From assembly GCA_963782535.1 (NCBI GenBank), contig CAWAKE010000009.1, positions 171,913 to 235,912 of the forward strand: 64,000 nucleotides of DNA. Direction: 5' to 3'. The first letter of the stretch is position 1. The number at the start of each line of letters is the position of its first letter. The notes beneath the pieces were generated by a model, which ran no database searches, was not told the DNA's origin, and saw only the letters and a list, made by a program, of their open reading frames with translations. The position numbers were made by a program, and so were the translations under genes. Source of the stretch: an uncultured delta proteobacterium (lineage in GTDB: Bacteria; Desulfobacterota; Binatia; Binatales; Binataceae). This document shows, one piece after another, positions 1-8,411 of the stretch.

Positions 1-174
1 AATCGTCATCGAACGTTGGCGGGTCCACTACAACACGGTCAGACCGCACTCGTCGCTCGGCTATCGGCCACCGGCGCCAGAGGTGATCAGCCCACCAAAA
101 TCTGATCGAATCGGAGTGCTTGCAAGCTCAACCATTACTAACTTATGAAATGGTACAAAAGATCGGGCAGGCCA
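1..174 (+). mobile_element. 3' end of an IS3-family insertion sequence. It is a partial copy, identical to the ends of the copies at 4536-5781 and 33593-34838; the element continues upstream of the window
   Basis: Nucleotide identity with 5617-5781 and 34674-34838. Encodes the transposase orfB C-terminus (…RPHSSLGYRPPAPEV…) and ends in the shared terminus …GATCGGGCAGGCCA. Confidence 0.85.
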
Positions 175-176
175 CG

Positions 177-724
177 CCATCGAGGCGGACATCGGTCCCA
201 TCGAAGTCGTAGTTTACAACTTGGGCGCCCAGATTGGGGATAGGGCTTTGAACGACACATCGCTCAAGGCTTTTGAAACAGGCTGGCGTCTGGGGACCTT
301 CGGTCTGTTTCGCGCTGCGTTAGCCGTATGCCCGTTGATGGAAGTGCGCGGAAAAGGAACAATCCTCGTAACCTCGGCAACAGCGGCGATGCGTGGGAAC
401 AGCGGTCAACATTCGCATGCAGCTGCGATGGGAGGGCGGCGAATGCTCTGCCAGACACTCAACGCGGAGTTCGCATCGAAAGGAATTCACGTCGTGCATA
501 TCGTGATCGACGGCGCCGTGGACGCGCCCGACACGTTAGGGAAAATGCTCGGGTCGGAAAAGTTTCAACAGCTGAGAGAAACCCGGGGCAACGAACATGA
601 TGGACTCATGCTGCCCGCGCAGATCGCGGAGACCTACCTCCACCTCGCGCAACAACACCGATCCACCTGGACTTTCGAGATCGACCTGCGGGCATTCTCC
701 GATCGTCCATGGTGGAATCACTGA
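177..724 (+). pseudogene. SDR-family oxidoreductase, N-terminally truncated by the IS insertion
   Basis: The reading frame continues upstream into the IS end (…IEVVVYNLGAQIG…). The C-terminal half is paralogous to the intact SDR at 774-1571, and the Rossmann N-terminus is missing. Confidence 0.6.
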
Positions 725-773
725 GCATATCGGGATCGAACCTGCGCGTCCTCGCTCATCTCCTTAACGACAC

Positions 774-1571
774 ATGGGAGCACGAATCATGACTCAATCC
801 GACCAACGGGACACTGAACCTTCCGTGCAAGACGTTGCACTCATCGTTGGAGGCGGTCCCGGCATCAGCGCGAGTTGCGCCCGACTGTTTGCGGAAGACG
901 GCATGCGTGTCGGCATCGCAGCCCGGAAACCAGACAAATCGGTCCTGCAGGATCTTGAGAAGAAGCACGGCGTGCGACGCTACGCATGCGATGCGAGCGA
1001 ACCAGCGTCAGTGGCGCAGTTGTTCGAGAATGTTGTTCGAGACCTCGGGGCGCCTACACTGGTCGTGCACAACATCGACGGCCGGGTTCCCGAGATATTT
1101 CGCAAACAGATTACCGAAGCTGACCCGAACGTTGCGCTCGCGACCCTCCGGAACTCAGCCTTCAGCGCGTTTCTGGTAGGTCAGCAAGCAGCTCGACTGA
1201 TGCGCGAAAACAGACCCAACGCCAACGGCGCGAAGGGAACGATCATCTTCACCAATGCGAGCGCAGCCCTCAAAGGATTCCCGTTGAGCGGCGCCTTTGC
1301 GATGGCGTGCCAGGCCAAGTCCGGACTGGCACAGAGCATGGCAAGGGAACTGATGCCGCAGGGTATCCACGTAACAAATGTGCCGATCGACGCCGCGATA
1401 GGCTGGACACAGGAAGACGGTACCCGCGCGCATCCACTGGCGGGAACAAGTGTCGATGACAATCTGGCCGACCCCGACCGCATCGCGGAAACCTATCTCC
1501 AGCTGCATCGTCAGCATCGCTCGACTTGGGCGTTCGAGGTCGTACTACGACCATGGGTCGAGAAATGGTGA
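774..1571 (+). CDS. Short-chain dehydrogenase/reductase (SDR) family oxidoreductase
   Basis: Gly-rich N-terminus (IVGGGPGISASCARL) and SDR-like organisation; paralogue of the 177-724 fragment (shared C-terminal motif …ETYLQLHRQHRSTWAFE…). Confidence 0.65.
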   Translation: MGARIMTQSDQRDTEPSVQDVALIVGGGPGISASCARLFAEDGMRVGIAARKPDKSVLQDLEKKHGVRRYACDASEPASVAQLFENVVRDLGAPTLVVHNIDGRVPEIFRKQITEADPNVALATLRNSAFSAFLVGQQAARLMRENRPNANGAKGTIIFTNASAALKGFPLSGAFAMACQAKSGLAQSMARELMPQGIHVTNVPIDAAIGWTQEDGTRAHPLAGTSVDDNLADPDRIAETYLQLHRQHRSTWAFEVVLRPWVEKW

Positions 1572-1870
1572 CTGGCGCTCGACGGTGAGGCCAATCTATG
1601 AAGAGATTCTGATTTACAGCCCGAGGAATCGAATGTTCCCCGAACCGGCGCCGGTCGGCATTGGAACCATCCGTATTTTGGGTCTGCACTGAACATAACT
1701 GTAACTGGGTCGACTACGAATCTGGCCCGAATCAGCCCAGTGATTGCCTCGGTCTTGGCCCGGATGTCTCGGATCGAGACGGAGACTCCCCTCAGGCGCC
1801 GAGGCGTGCAAGATCCTGCGGCAAGATTGTCTGACCGCTACGGTTCTTTACCACAGAAACGTCGGACACC

Positions 1871-2296
1871 TTGCTGCGCCAAGCGGCGAGCGCAGTTAGG
1901 TCCGAGGCGACCGGGAGACCGCCGAACGGCGAGGCGCGCGGGCGGTACACCGAGGACACGACCGCCGCATTGGAAGGGTTGTTGGCAGATTCTCGCGACC
2001 CCGCGACCTGTCTGCGCAAATATACCGACCTCTTTCGTATCGCGCTGGAAAACGACAATCGCATGTGCCTCTGCGGAATTATGGCCGCCGAATATGACGC
2101 CCTGCCCGAAGCGGTGAAAGTCGAAGTGCGAGCATTTGCCGATGTCAACGTGGCGTGGTTGGCGAAGATTCTGTTTTCGATGGACACTCTTAGCGATAAC
2201 TCGATCGCGCAGGAGCGGGCGCTCGCCATCTACGCGGCCATAGGTGGCGCCCAACTGACGGCCAGAAGTCGAGCGGACCTCTCCGCTTTCGATTAG
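1871..2296 (+). CDS. TetR-family regulator C-terminal ligand-binding-like domain. No HTH is visible in frame, so it may be a frameshifted pseudogene
   Basis: Weak resemblance to TetR C-terminal domains; an HTH-like stretch (…TATVLYHRNVGHL…) lies upstream in another frame. Confidence 0.3.
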   Translation: MLRQAASAVRSEATGRPPNGEARGRYTEDTTAALEGLLADSRDPATCLRKYTDLFRIALENDNRMCLCGIMAAEYDALPEAVKVEVRAFADVNVAWLAKILFSMDTLSDNSIAQERALAIYAAIGGAQLTARSRADLSAFD

Positions 2297-2476
2297 ACCG
2301 TGAAAAGCTATCGCGTCGCGAGTCTCATTCCAGGCTAATACCCCAGCCGTAATCCGGCGCCCGCATGAGCGCGACGACCTCGTCGCTCCAGTCGCTTTGA
2401 TAGACTTATCTGGCGCACATCCAGGCGGCACATAGGCTTCGATCGGAGAAAAAGGCTTGATTTTCCAGTGTTTTGG

Positions 2477-2552
<76 letters not shown>

Positions 2553-2587
2553 ACCAAGACAAGAATGTCTTTACTAGCAGGAATGTG

Positions 2588-2664
2588 TGGGGTGAGTGAA
2601 GGGACTTGAACCCTCGACCACCGAGGCCACAACCCGGTGCTCTGCCAACTGAGCTACACTCACC
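2588..2664 (-). tRNA. tRNA-His (anticodon GUG) with the extra 5' G(-1)
   Basis: The reverse complement reads GGTGAGTGTAGCTCAGTTGGCAGAGCACCGGGTTGTGGCCTCGGTGGTCGAGGGTTCAAGTCCCTTCACTCACCCCA. The anticodon loop is TT-GTG-GC and the 3' end shows the His-typical 8-nt acceptor. Confidence 0.85.
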
Positions 2665-2721
2665 ATCCGTACTATCTTAACTGTCACGCCCAGAGAACGG
2701 AATTGGCGCCAACAGTGCTCC

Positions 2722-2768
2722 TGGCGCGCCAGAAGGGACTCGAACCCCTGACCCGCGGCTTAGAAGGT
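2722..2768 (-). other. 3' fragment of a tRNA gene (T-arm plus acceptor 3' strand plus CCA), probably an att-site remnant of island integration
   Basis: The reverse complement ends …GGGTCAGGGGTTCGAGTCCCTTCTGGCGCGCCA, a T-loop TTCGAGT with a CCA end. No matching 5' acceptor strand or D-arm occurs in the adjacent AT-rich DNA. Confidence 0.5.
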
Positions 2769-2909
2769 CTTATACCATGTATGAGCCAAGATGAGAAATC
2801 GTTGCAAACAAAGGGTTCGGCGCAGTACGTTAAAAACTGGGGTTTTGCGGCTTGGCTCATGGGTTCTAATGGTGTCTCATGCGCAATCTGCTAGAAATCT
2901 GCTAGAAGC

Positions 2910-4115
2910 CTATTTTGCTAAGCTGCCGATCGGGGCGATTCCGAGCGCATCGCCGATAGCTCGCCGTTCGGGCCGACTCGCTCGACCAGGCAGCCACCGG
3001 CCGTAGTGACGGATCAGCATCTGAAGATCGCTGTGGCCCAGTTGTTCCGCGATGTACTGCACGTCGAGGCCGCGCTCGAGCAGCAGCCGCGCGAACGTAT
3101 GGCGGCACTGATAGAGCGTCCGGTATTCGACGCCGGCGGCTTTGAGGATTCTTCCCCAGCGCCGATTGACGAAGTTGTGGGCGTCCATCGGGCCGCCCTT
3201 CGCGCTCGGAAATACGAAGGGGGCGCTCGCCCCGTTGACATCGTTCTCGCCGAAGCTCCGCAGGCGAACCCGCGCCAGTTGCTCCCGAAGAGCAGCGGCG
3301 ACGAAATCCTCCATATCGACATCGCGGCGCGAGCGCTTCGTCTTCAGCTTGCCGTTGCCCTTGCGTCCAGCCTCGCCCCACGCCGTTTTCGCCTTGCGCA
3401 CCCGAATCTTCCGGGCGGCGAAGTCGATGTTGGTCTGACGCAAGCCCAGCGCTTCGCTCGGGCGCAGTCCGGTGCCAATCAGGAGAGTGATGAGCGCCCT
3501 CTCCTGGCCGGTCGCCGCCGCGATAACCGCCCGAGCCTCGTCCGCGCTGAGGGGCTTTACTTCCGGCGGATCGTCCGGCTCAAGCGGCTCGGTAAAGGCG
3601 ACGGGATTTTCGCTCACCAGATGCCGCCGTAGGGCCACGCGAAACACCGTGCCCAGAACTCGCCGCATCTTGTTAACCCGATCGACGCTCAGCCCCTTCT
3701 CGGTCAGGCTATGAAGGAAGCGAACGACGTCACCGTCGTGAATGGTGCTAATCCTTAGTTCGGCGAATTCGGTGCCCCACAGATGGCTGCGGAAAAGCGA
3801 TCGATAGTGATGCGCGGTCGCGGCACTGCGGATTGCGACGATTTCTTCCAGTCGCGCGCTGGTGAACTCTTTCAACGTCGGTTCGTCGAGAGCGAGAAAC
3901 GGGCGCAGCGCCGCGCAATCGGGAAACTTGCGCGCGAGGTCGGCCCAGCGTCGGCCCTCGATCATTTCCCCGATCTCCTTCAGCAATGGCGACCGACGAG
4001 AGCGGCGACTGTCGTCGAGACCCGGATACAAAAAAGCGCGCCTCGACCGCCCATCGGGCAGATGGAGCATGAACGCAACTACCAGTCGGCCGTGATCGGC
4101 GTGTATGCTGCTCAT
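2910..4115 (-). CDS. int: Tyrosine site-specific integrase (phage/island integrase)
   Basis: C-terminal catalytic signature …YQCRHTFARLLLERG…LGHSDLQMLIRHYGRW (R..H..R..Y). It lies next to tRNA genes. Confidence 0.85.
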   Translation of the reverse strand: MSSIHADHGRLVVAFMLHLPDGRSRRAFLYPGLDDSRRSRRSPLLKEIGEMIEGRRWADLARKFPDCAALRPFLALDEPTLKEFTSARLEEIVAIRSAATAHHYRSLFRSHLWGTEFAELRISTIHDGDVVRFLHSLTEKGLSVDRVNKMRRVLGTVFRVALRRHLVSENPVAFTEPLEPDDPPEVKPLSADEARAVIAAATGQERALITLLIGTGLRPSEALGLRQTNIDFAARKIRVRKAKTAWGEAGRKGNGKLKTKRSRRDVDMEDFVAAALREQLARVRLRSFGENDVNGASAPFVFPSAKGGPMDAHNFVNRRWGRILKAAGVEYRTLYQCRHTFARLLLERGLDVQYIAEQLGHSDLQMLIRHYGRWLPGRASRPERRAIGDALGIAPIGSLAK

Positions 4116-4318
4116 ACCTTTGGCCTCAGCGGGATTTTGCCCGCGAGCAGCCGTTTCATAAACACGGGCTTGATGATGCGGGTGCAGCGGCTTCCAAGGC
4201 GCACAACGCCGTCGTCGGGGCCGAGCCGCCCAATCAGATTGTAGATGGTGACTTCTGCCAGCTTCAGCAGCTTGGCGACGCCGATCATATCGCTGTGTTC
4301 AATTTGTTCAGTTTCCAT
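4112..4318 (-). CDS. AlpA/Xis-like helix-turn-helix excisionase or regulator
   Basis: 68 aa protein with the motif …IGVAKLLKLAEVTIYNLI… typical of the AlpA/MerR-like excisionase HTH. It sits immediately upstream of int with overlapping ends. Confidence 0.55.
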   Translation of the reverse strand: METEQIEHSDMIGVAKLLKLAEVTIYNLIGRLGPDDGVVRLGSRCTRIIKPVFMKRLLAGKIPLRPKV

Positions 4319-4601
4319 CGTGCTTCTAGCTTCGCTGACTTGAAATCAGACTTTGCTGCCGCCTCCCTCTGGGGTGAATTTCTTATCAGAGATCTGTAGC
4401 TGGCCGGCAAGCGCGATTGCGAGAAGGTTGGCAAATAGACGGACTGCTCGAGTTCGTTGTGCACTAGCTCGCCAGCCCTGAGCGAGTGACGACAATCCGA
4501 ACTCTCACCGTCGCAACGAGTCGCCGGCCAGATGATGGCCTGCTCGGGGAATTTTGTACCAGCCGACAAATTAGAGAAGCTGGAACAGGAGGGCCCTGGG
4601 A

Positions 4602-4880
4602 ATGGCGAAGCGAAGGTACACGGCGGAAGAGATCGTGACGGTGCTGCGGCAGGTGGAGGTGTCGATAGCCAACGGCAAGGGGACGCCGCAGGCGTGTCGC
4701 GAGTCGGGGATTACCGAGCAGACTTATTATCGCTGGCGCAAGGAATATGGCGGGCTGAAGCTGGAGCAGGCCAAGCGGCTCAAGGAACTGGAGCGCGAGA
4801 ACTCGCGGCTCAAGCGGCTGGTGGCTGAGCTGTCGCTGGAGAAACAGATCTTGCAGGACGTCGCGCGGGGAAACTTGTAA
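4602..4880 (+). CDS. IS3-family transposase orfA (HTH)
   Basis: MAKRRYTAEEIVTVLRQ… with a leucine-zipper-like C-terminus, typical of IS3 orfA. Confidence 0.85.
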   Translation: MAKRRYTAEEIVTVLRQVEVSIANGKGTPQACRESGITEQTYYRWRKEYGGLKLEQAKRLKELERENSRLKRLVAELSLEKQILQDVARGNL

Positions 4881-4945
4881 GCCCCGCGCGGCGGCGTTGC
4901 GCAGCGGATAACGTCCGGCGTCGATACGCGCTCTCGGAACGCCAC

Positions 4946-5755
4946 GTGTGCCGGTTGCTCAGCCAGTGGCGCGGGACACAGCGCTATACGCCGAGAGTGC
5001 GCAACGACGAGGATGAGCTGACCCGGGCGATCATCTCACTGGCCGGCCAGCACGGCCGCTACGGCTACCGGCGGGTGGCGGCGCTGCTGCGCAGCGCCGG
5101 CTGGTTAGTGGGCAAGGACCGGGTCGAGCGCATCTGGCGCCGCGAGGGGCTGAAAGTGCCGCGGAAACAACCCCGGCGTGGGCGGCTATGGCTGAACGAC
5201 GGCGCGTGCGTGCGGCTGCGGCCGCAGCGGCCCAATCACGTCTGGAGTTACGACTTCGTCAGCGCGGCCACGCACGATGGCAGGTCAGTCAGGATGTTAA
5301 CCTTGATCGACGAGTACACCCGGGAGAGCCTGGCAATCCGGGTCGAGCGGCGACTGCGCAGTCTCGACGTCATCGAGACCCTGGCCGATGTGATGCTCGT
5401 GCACGGAAGACCCGAGCACATCCGCTCGGACAACGGACCAGAGTTCGTCGCCACTGTGGTGCGGAAGTGGCTCGAACGGCTGGGCACCCAGCCGCTGTAC
5501 ATCGAACCGGGCAGCCCTTGGGAGAATGGTTACTGTGAATCGTTCAACAGCAAGCTGCGTGATGAATGCCTCAACGGCGAGATCTTCTACTCCCTCAAGG
5601 AGGCACAAATCGTCATCGAACGTTGGCGGGTCCACTACAACACGGTCAGACCGCACTCGTCGCTCGGCTATCGGCCACCGGCGCCAGAGGTGATCAGCCC
5701 ACCAAAATCTGATCGAATCGGAGTGCTTGCAAGCTCAACCATTACTAACTTATGA
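4946..5755 (+). CDS. IS3-family transposase orfB (DDE integrase core), presumably expressed by a programmed -1 frameshift from orfA
   Basis: rve-type core …HIRSDNGPEF…RPHSSLGYRPP…. Confidence 0.85.
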   Translation: MCRLLSQWRGTQRYTPRVRNDEDELTRAIISLAGQHGRYGYRRVAALLRSAGWLVGKDRVERIWRREGLKVPRKQPRRGRLWLNDGACVRLRPQRPNHVWSYDFVSAATHDGRSVRMLTLIDEYTRESLAIRVERRLRSLDVIETLADVMLVHGRPEHIRSDNGPEFVATVVRKWLERLGTQPLYIEPGSPWENGYCESFNSKLRDECLNGEIFYSLKEAQIVIERWRVHYNTVRPHSSLGYRPPAPEVISPPKSDRIGVLASSTITNL

Positions 5756-5843
5756 AATGGTACAAAAGATCGGGCAGGCCAATGACGGCTGCCGCGAGTC
5801 AGGTCGATTTCAACCTCGGACAGAATCTTCGGCGCCGGTTCCA

Positions 5844-6392
5844 TCATGCGCTCCCCCTGTTGAGCCGTGGCCGTTGAACATGCGGCAGTATCCACTCGAA
5901 AAATCGATCGAACTCATTCAGTGCTCGCTGCAAAAGCAAAGGCTGAGTCTCTCGCTTAGCTATGCCAACTGCAGCGAACTCGGATGGCAAACACCATTCC
6001 GGAAACGGCCGCAGCGGCCCCGGCGGTTCTTCAAAAACCACGAAATACGCCTTGCGGTCTCTCTCTAGTTTGCGGGCGTCCTGCCTTTCGAAGTTTCCTA
6101 GCGACCAGCCGCGCAACCAAGCCTGATCCCCAATTCGCCCGAACAGGTCGCGGTCCACGAGATATTTATTCACGCGCCCTCCACTGGCGTCGCCGTAGTC
6201 TCGATCGCCTTTTATGAGTTCGGCAGCCGTACGAACACGCCCTGGTCGGCCAGCAGCTTGACCGCCTCGGTCACCACCTGAGCTCGCGCCTGAATTTCCT
6301 GCCTGGTCGCGACCGACACGTTCGTCTCGTTCGTGATCGCGACATCGGGCTGCTTCACGTAGGTCTCCGGGTCGAGCCGGTCCATCTCCCAC
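5844..6392 (-). CDS. Hypothetical protein. The 5' part overlaps the next ORF and the true start is probably internal
   Basis: Long ORF with a low-complexity N-terminal region. Only the C-terminal ~110 aa look protein-like. Confidence 0.25.
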   Translation of the reverse strand: MGDGPARPGDLREAARCRDHERDERVGRDQAGNSGASSGGDRGGQAAGRPGRVRTAAELIKGDRDYGDASGGRVNKYLVDRDLFGRIGDQAWLRGWSLGNFERQDARKLERDRKAYFVVFEEPPGPLRPFPEWCLPSEFAAVGIAKRETQPLLLQRALNEFDRFFEWILPHVQRPRLNRGSA

Positions 6393-6865
6393 TCCATCGC
6401 GGCGCGGTCGGCCTCTTGCCAGTGTTCTTCCCAGACGATCTCGCCCGGCATCGGCTTGCCGTCGGGGCCCAGAATGATCTGGCCGTTCTCGTCAACCGCC
6501 GGCGCCCGCTCAACGAGGCTGGTCTCAATCGGCCGGCCGTTCTCCGTGAACAGCGTTACCCGCTTCGGCTTTTTGATAATCCCACCCACGGCAATCTGGT
6601 GGTGCCTAGTCGCCAGCAGGGCCATGAAGTCCCCGCGCGCGCGTGTGACCCCATCGAAGAACTCGCGCTGCGGGCCGCTTTTGGCCTTTCGGCCCTTGGC
6701 CATCCAGACGTAATAGGTGGCTACGGATATTCCCGCACGGTCAGCCGAGGCAGAGACGTTCCGCGTCGCCTTGTACGTCTCGATGAACGTCTTGGCGAGC
6801 TCAGGCGTGAGCAGGGAGATGCGCCCCTTGCCCTGACGCTCGATGAATTCTGGCGAGAGTGCCAC
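6212..6865 (-). CDS. Hypothetical protein with an N-terminal phage-type HTH resembling the terminase small subunit/insertion-element HTH
   Basis: …LTPELAKTFIETYKATRNVSASADRAGISVATYYVWMAKG…. Confidence 0.35.
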   Translation of the reverse strand: MALSPEFIERQGKGRISLLTPELAKTFIETYKATRNVSASADRAGISVATYYVWMAKGRKAKSGPQREFFDGVTRARGDFMALLATRHHQIAVGGIIKKPKRVTLFTENGRPIETSLVERAPAVDENGQIILGPDGKPMPGEIVWEEHWQEADRAAMEWEMDRLDPETYVKQPDVAITNETNVSVATRQEIQARAQVVTEAVKLLADQGVFVRLPNS

Positions 6866-6945
6866 GCCGCGAAAGTAACACCGCCGGGCGTGCCTCAGCA
6901 GTCATCGGCAGATCGGGAGCCAACAGATTGCGACGCCAGGGCTAA

Positions 6946-7152
6946 ATGATTATGATGACGAATATGAATATATGCTTACGTTGCAATCACAAGTGGGAAT
7001 CGAGAATCGCAGTACGTCCGGCGCAGTGCCCCTCATGCCACAGCGCGAGATGGGACGTTCCCCTGAAAAACGGACGAATCAGCCGCGCGAAAAAGGAGGA
7101 TGCTCCACCGAACGTCTGCCCGACGTGCGGTCAAACGATTCCGCTCGCCTGA
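6946..7152 (+). CDS. Small zinc-ribbon protein (68 aa)
   Basis: C-x2-C…W…RP-x2-CPSCHSARWDVP plus a second C-x2-C pair. It is paralogous to the C-terminus of the 7406-8014 product. Confidence 0.4.
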   Translation: MIMMTNMNICLRCNHKWESRIAVRPAQCPSCHSARWDVPLKNGRISRAKKEDAPPNVCPTCGQTIPLA

Positions 7153-7189
7153 CTTCGCGCTTTCCGGAAACGCTGTTCTAGGCTCTCAC

Positions 7190-7400
7190 GCGATCATCAT
7201 CCCATCATCATCACAAAAATATAATATAATATATAGGGTCCCCGCACACAGACATAGTGAACTATCTGTTTGTATGGGGGGGTACTATATAGGCTATTTT
7301 ATAAGCGTGATCGTGATGGTAATGGCCGTCGACCTGTGTGTTCCTGAAGGGGTCGCGAATTGAGGGCCGCTTGACATCGGTGTAAAAATATCGTGCGAGG
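7190..7400. promoter_or_regulatory. AT-rich intergenic region with an imperfect long palindrome/hairpin; probable promoter/operator for the 7406-9717 operon
   Basis: TATAGGGTCCCC…GGGGGGGTACTATATAG inverted arms within about 110 bp of roughly 35% GC, contrasting with the flanks. Confidence 0.35.
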
Positions 7401-7405
7401 GTGAT

Positions 7406-8014
7406 ATGGCAGAAATGAAACGTGCGCGGGTCTCAATCCCGCTGGAAGCGAACGAGGCCCAGGCGCTGAAGGCTTACGCAGTGGTGCGCCGGACGGACCT
7501 CGGAGAGATTCTGGACGACGCACTGTCGTTCTGGCTGATGAAGCAGGAAGAGAAGGGAGAGGTCGAGGTGACGCCGCCCCTCTTGGGCAACGTATCGGCC
7601 GGGATGCTGAGCCAGATGCGCGGGTTTGCCCGAGCTCGGGGCATGTCGCTATCAGCGACACTGGCGGAAGCGGTTCGGAATCTGTTCGCCGAGAATTCGG
7701 ATTTGCGGAAGGTGTATTCGCTATTGCAGCCCGCTCCGCCTCCGACGCCTGTCGAGAAAACGAGCCTGCCTGACGAAGAAAACGCACAGAGCGCCAGTGA
7801 GGGCTTCGTTATGTGCGGCAATTGCGGGTATCGATGGAAGCCACGAGGGATGAAGCCTGCGCGATGTCCATCTTGCGATGCGAAGGATTGGGACGTGCGC
7901 GACGAATGGCTCTGCGTTGTCGGCGAGGAATGGGTGCCGGTCAACAAGCGGGCCGGCTTCTATTGCAAAAAGCATTTACCGCCGCCCGAAAATGACGAAG
8001 GGGAGGACGAATGA
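7406..8014 (+). CDS. Predicted DNA-binding protein: two ribbon-helix-helix-like modules plus a C-terminal zinc ribbon and an acidic tail
   Basis: RARVSIPLEANEAQALKAYAVVRRTDLGEILDDALSFWL (RHH-like); a second RHH-like stretch ARARGMSLSATLAEAVRNL; CGNCGYRWKPRGMKPARCPSCDAKDWDV. Confidence 0.4.
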   Translation: MAEMKRARVSIPLEANEAQALKAYAVVRRTDLGEILDDALSFWLMKQEEKGEVEVTPPLLGNVSAGMLSQMRGFARARGMSLSATLAEAVRNLFAENSDLRKVYSLLQPAPPPTPVEKTSLPDEENAQSASEGFVMCGNCGYRWKPRGMKPARCPSCDAKDWDVRDEWLCVVGEEWVPVNKRAGFYCKKHLPPPENDEGEDE

Positions 8015-8325
8015 TGGCCGAGACGCGAATAGAGGCTCCGTGGTCGGATGCGCAGGTCGCCAGCCTGGTCCGGTTTCAGACTGACGCGAGAGTCCATCCG
8101 TTCACATGCCCGCGCGAGCATACGATTCGAAAGGGCGAGTTCCAGATCGACGTCCGCCTGATGCCGACGACGGCCGGCTGGATATGTCCGGTGCGCGGCT
8201 GCGACTACAAGCAGACCTGGGCGCACGTGAGCATGCTCGCCCGGACGCCTTGTCAACTTCTTGCAATTCGCAGCAAAGACCAACATGCTGGCCCTTTTAT
8301 TGGTGAAGTTGAGCGATCAGAATAG
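8011..8325 (+). CDS. Hypothetical Cys-containing protein (104 aa), translationally coupled to the 7406-8014 ORF by an ATGA overlap
   Basis: FTCP…ICPVRGC putative zinc-binding pairs; no recognisable family. Confidence 0.3.
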   Translation: MMAETRIEAPWSDAQVASLVRFQTDARVHPFTCPREHTIRKGEFQIDVRLMPTTAGWICPVRGCDYKQTWAHVSMLARTPCQLLAIRSKDQHAGPFIGEVERSE

Positions 8326-8411
8326 ACGGTTCACAAATCCACAGGAAGTAGGTGATTAAAAATGCATTCGTGCATAAGATAGCAGACTACGGTATGTGAG
8401 GGGGTAAGTAG

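Larger units (their letters stand above)
4536..5781 (+). mobile_element. IS3-family insertion sequence, complete copy 1 (~1246 bp) with a 4-bp target duplication ATGA
   Basis: Imperfect terminal inverted repeats TGGCCTGCTCGGGGAATTTTGTACCA and TGGTACAAAAGATCGGGCAGGCCA. The flanks are ATGA on both sides; the body contains orfA plus orfB. Confidence 0.85.

Noticed and set aside
1838-2431. 197-aa minus-strand ORF antisense to the TetR-like gene
   Set aside because: High-GC antisense shadow ORF with low-complexity Arg/Gly-rich composition; no motifs
2770-2905. tmRNA (ssrA) as the integrase target
   Set aside because: The integrase ORF ends at 2910, leaving no room for the ~350 nt of tmRNA upstream of the tRNA-like 3' end; no tag-peptide reading frame
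4285-4569. 94-aa minus-strand ORF beginning MSAGTKFPEQA (also at 33315)
   Set aside because: The N-terminus is simply the IS terminal inverted repeat read in reverse; an artefact of the IS end
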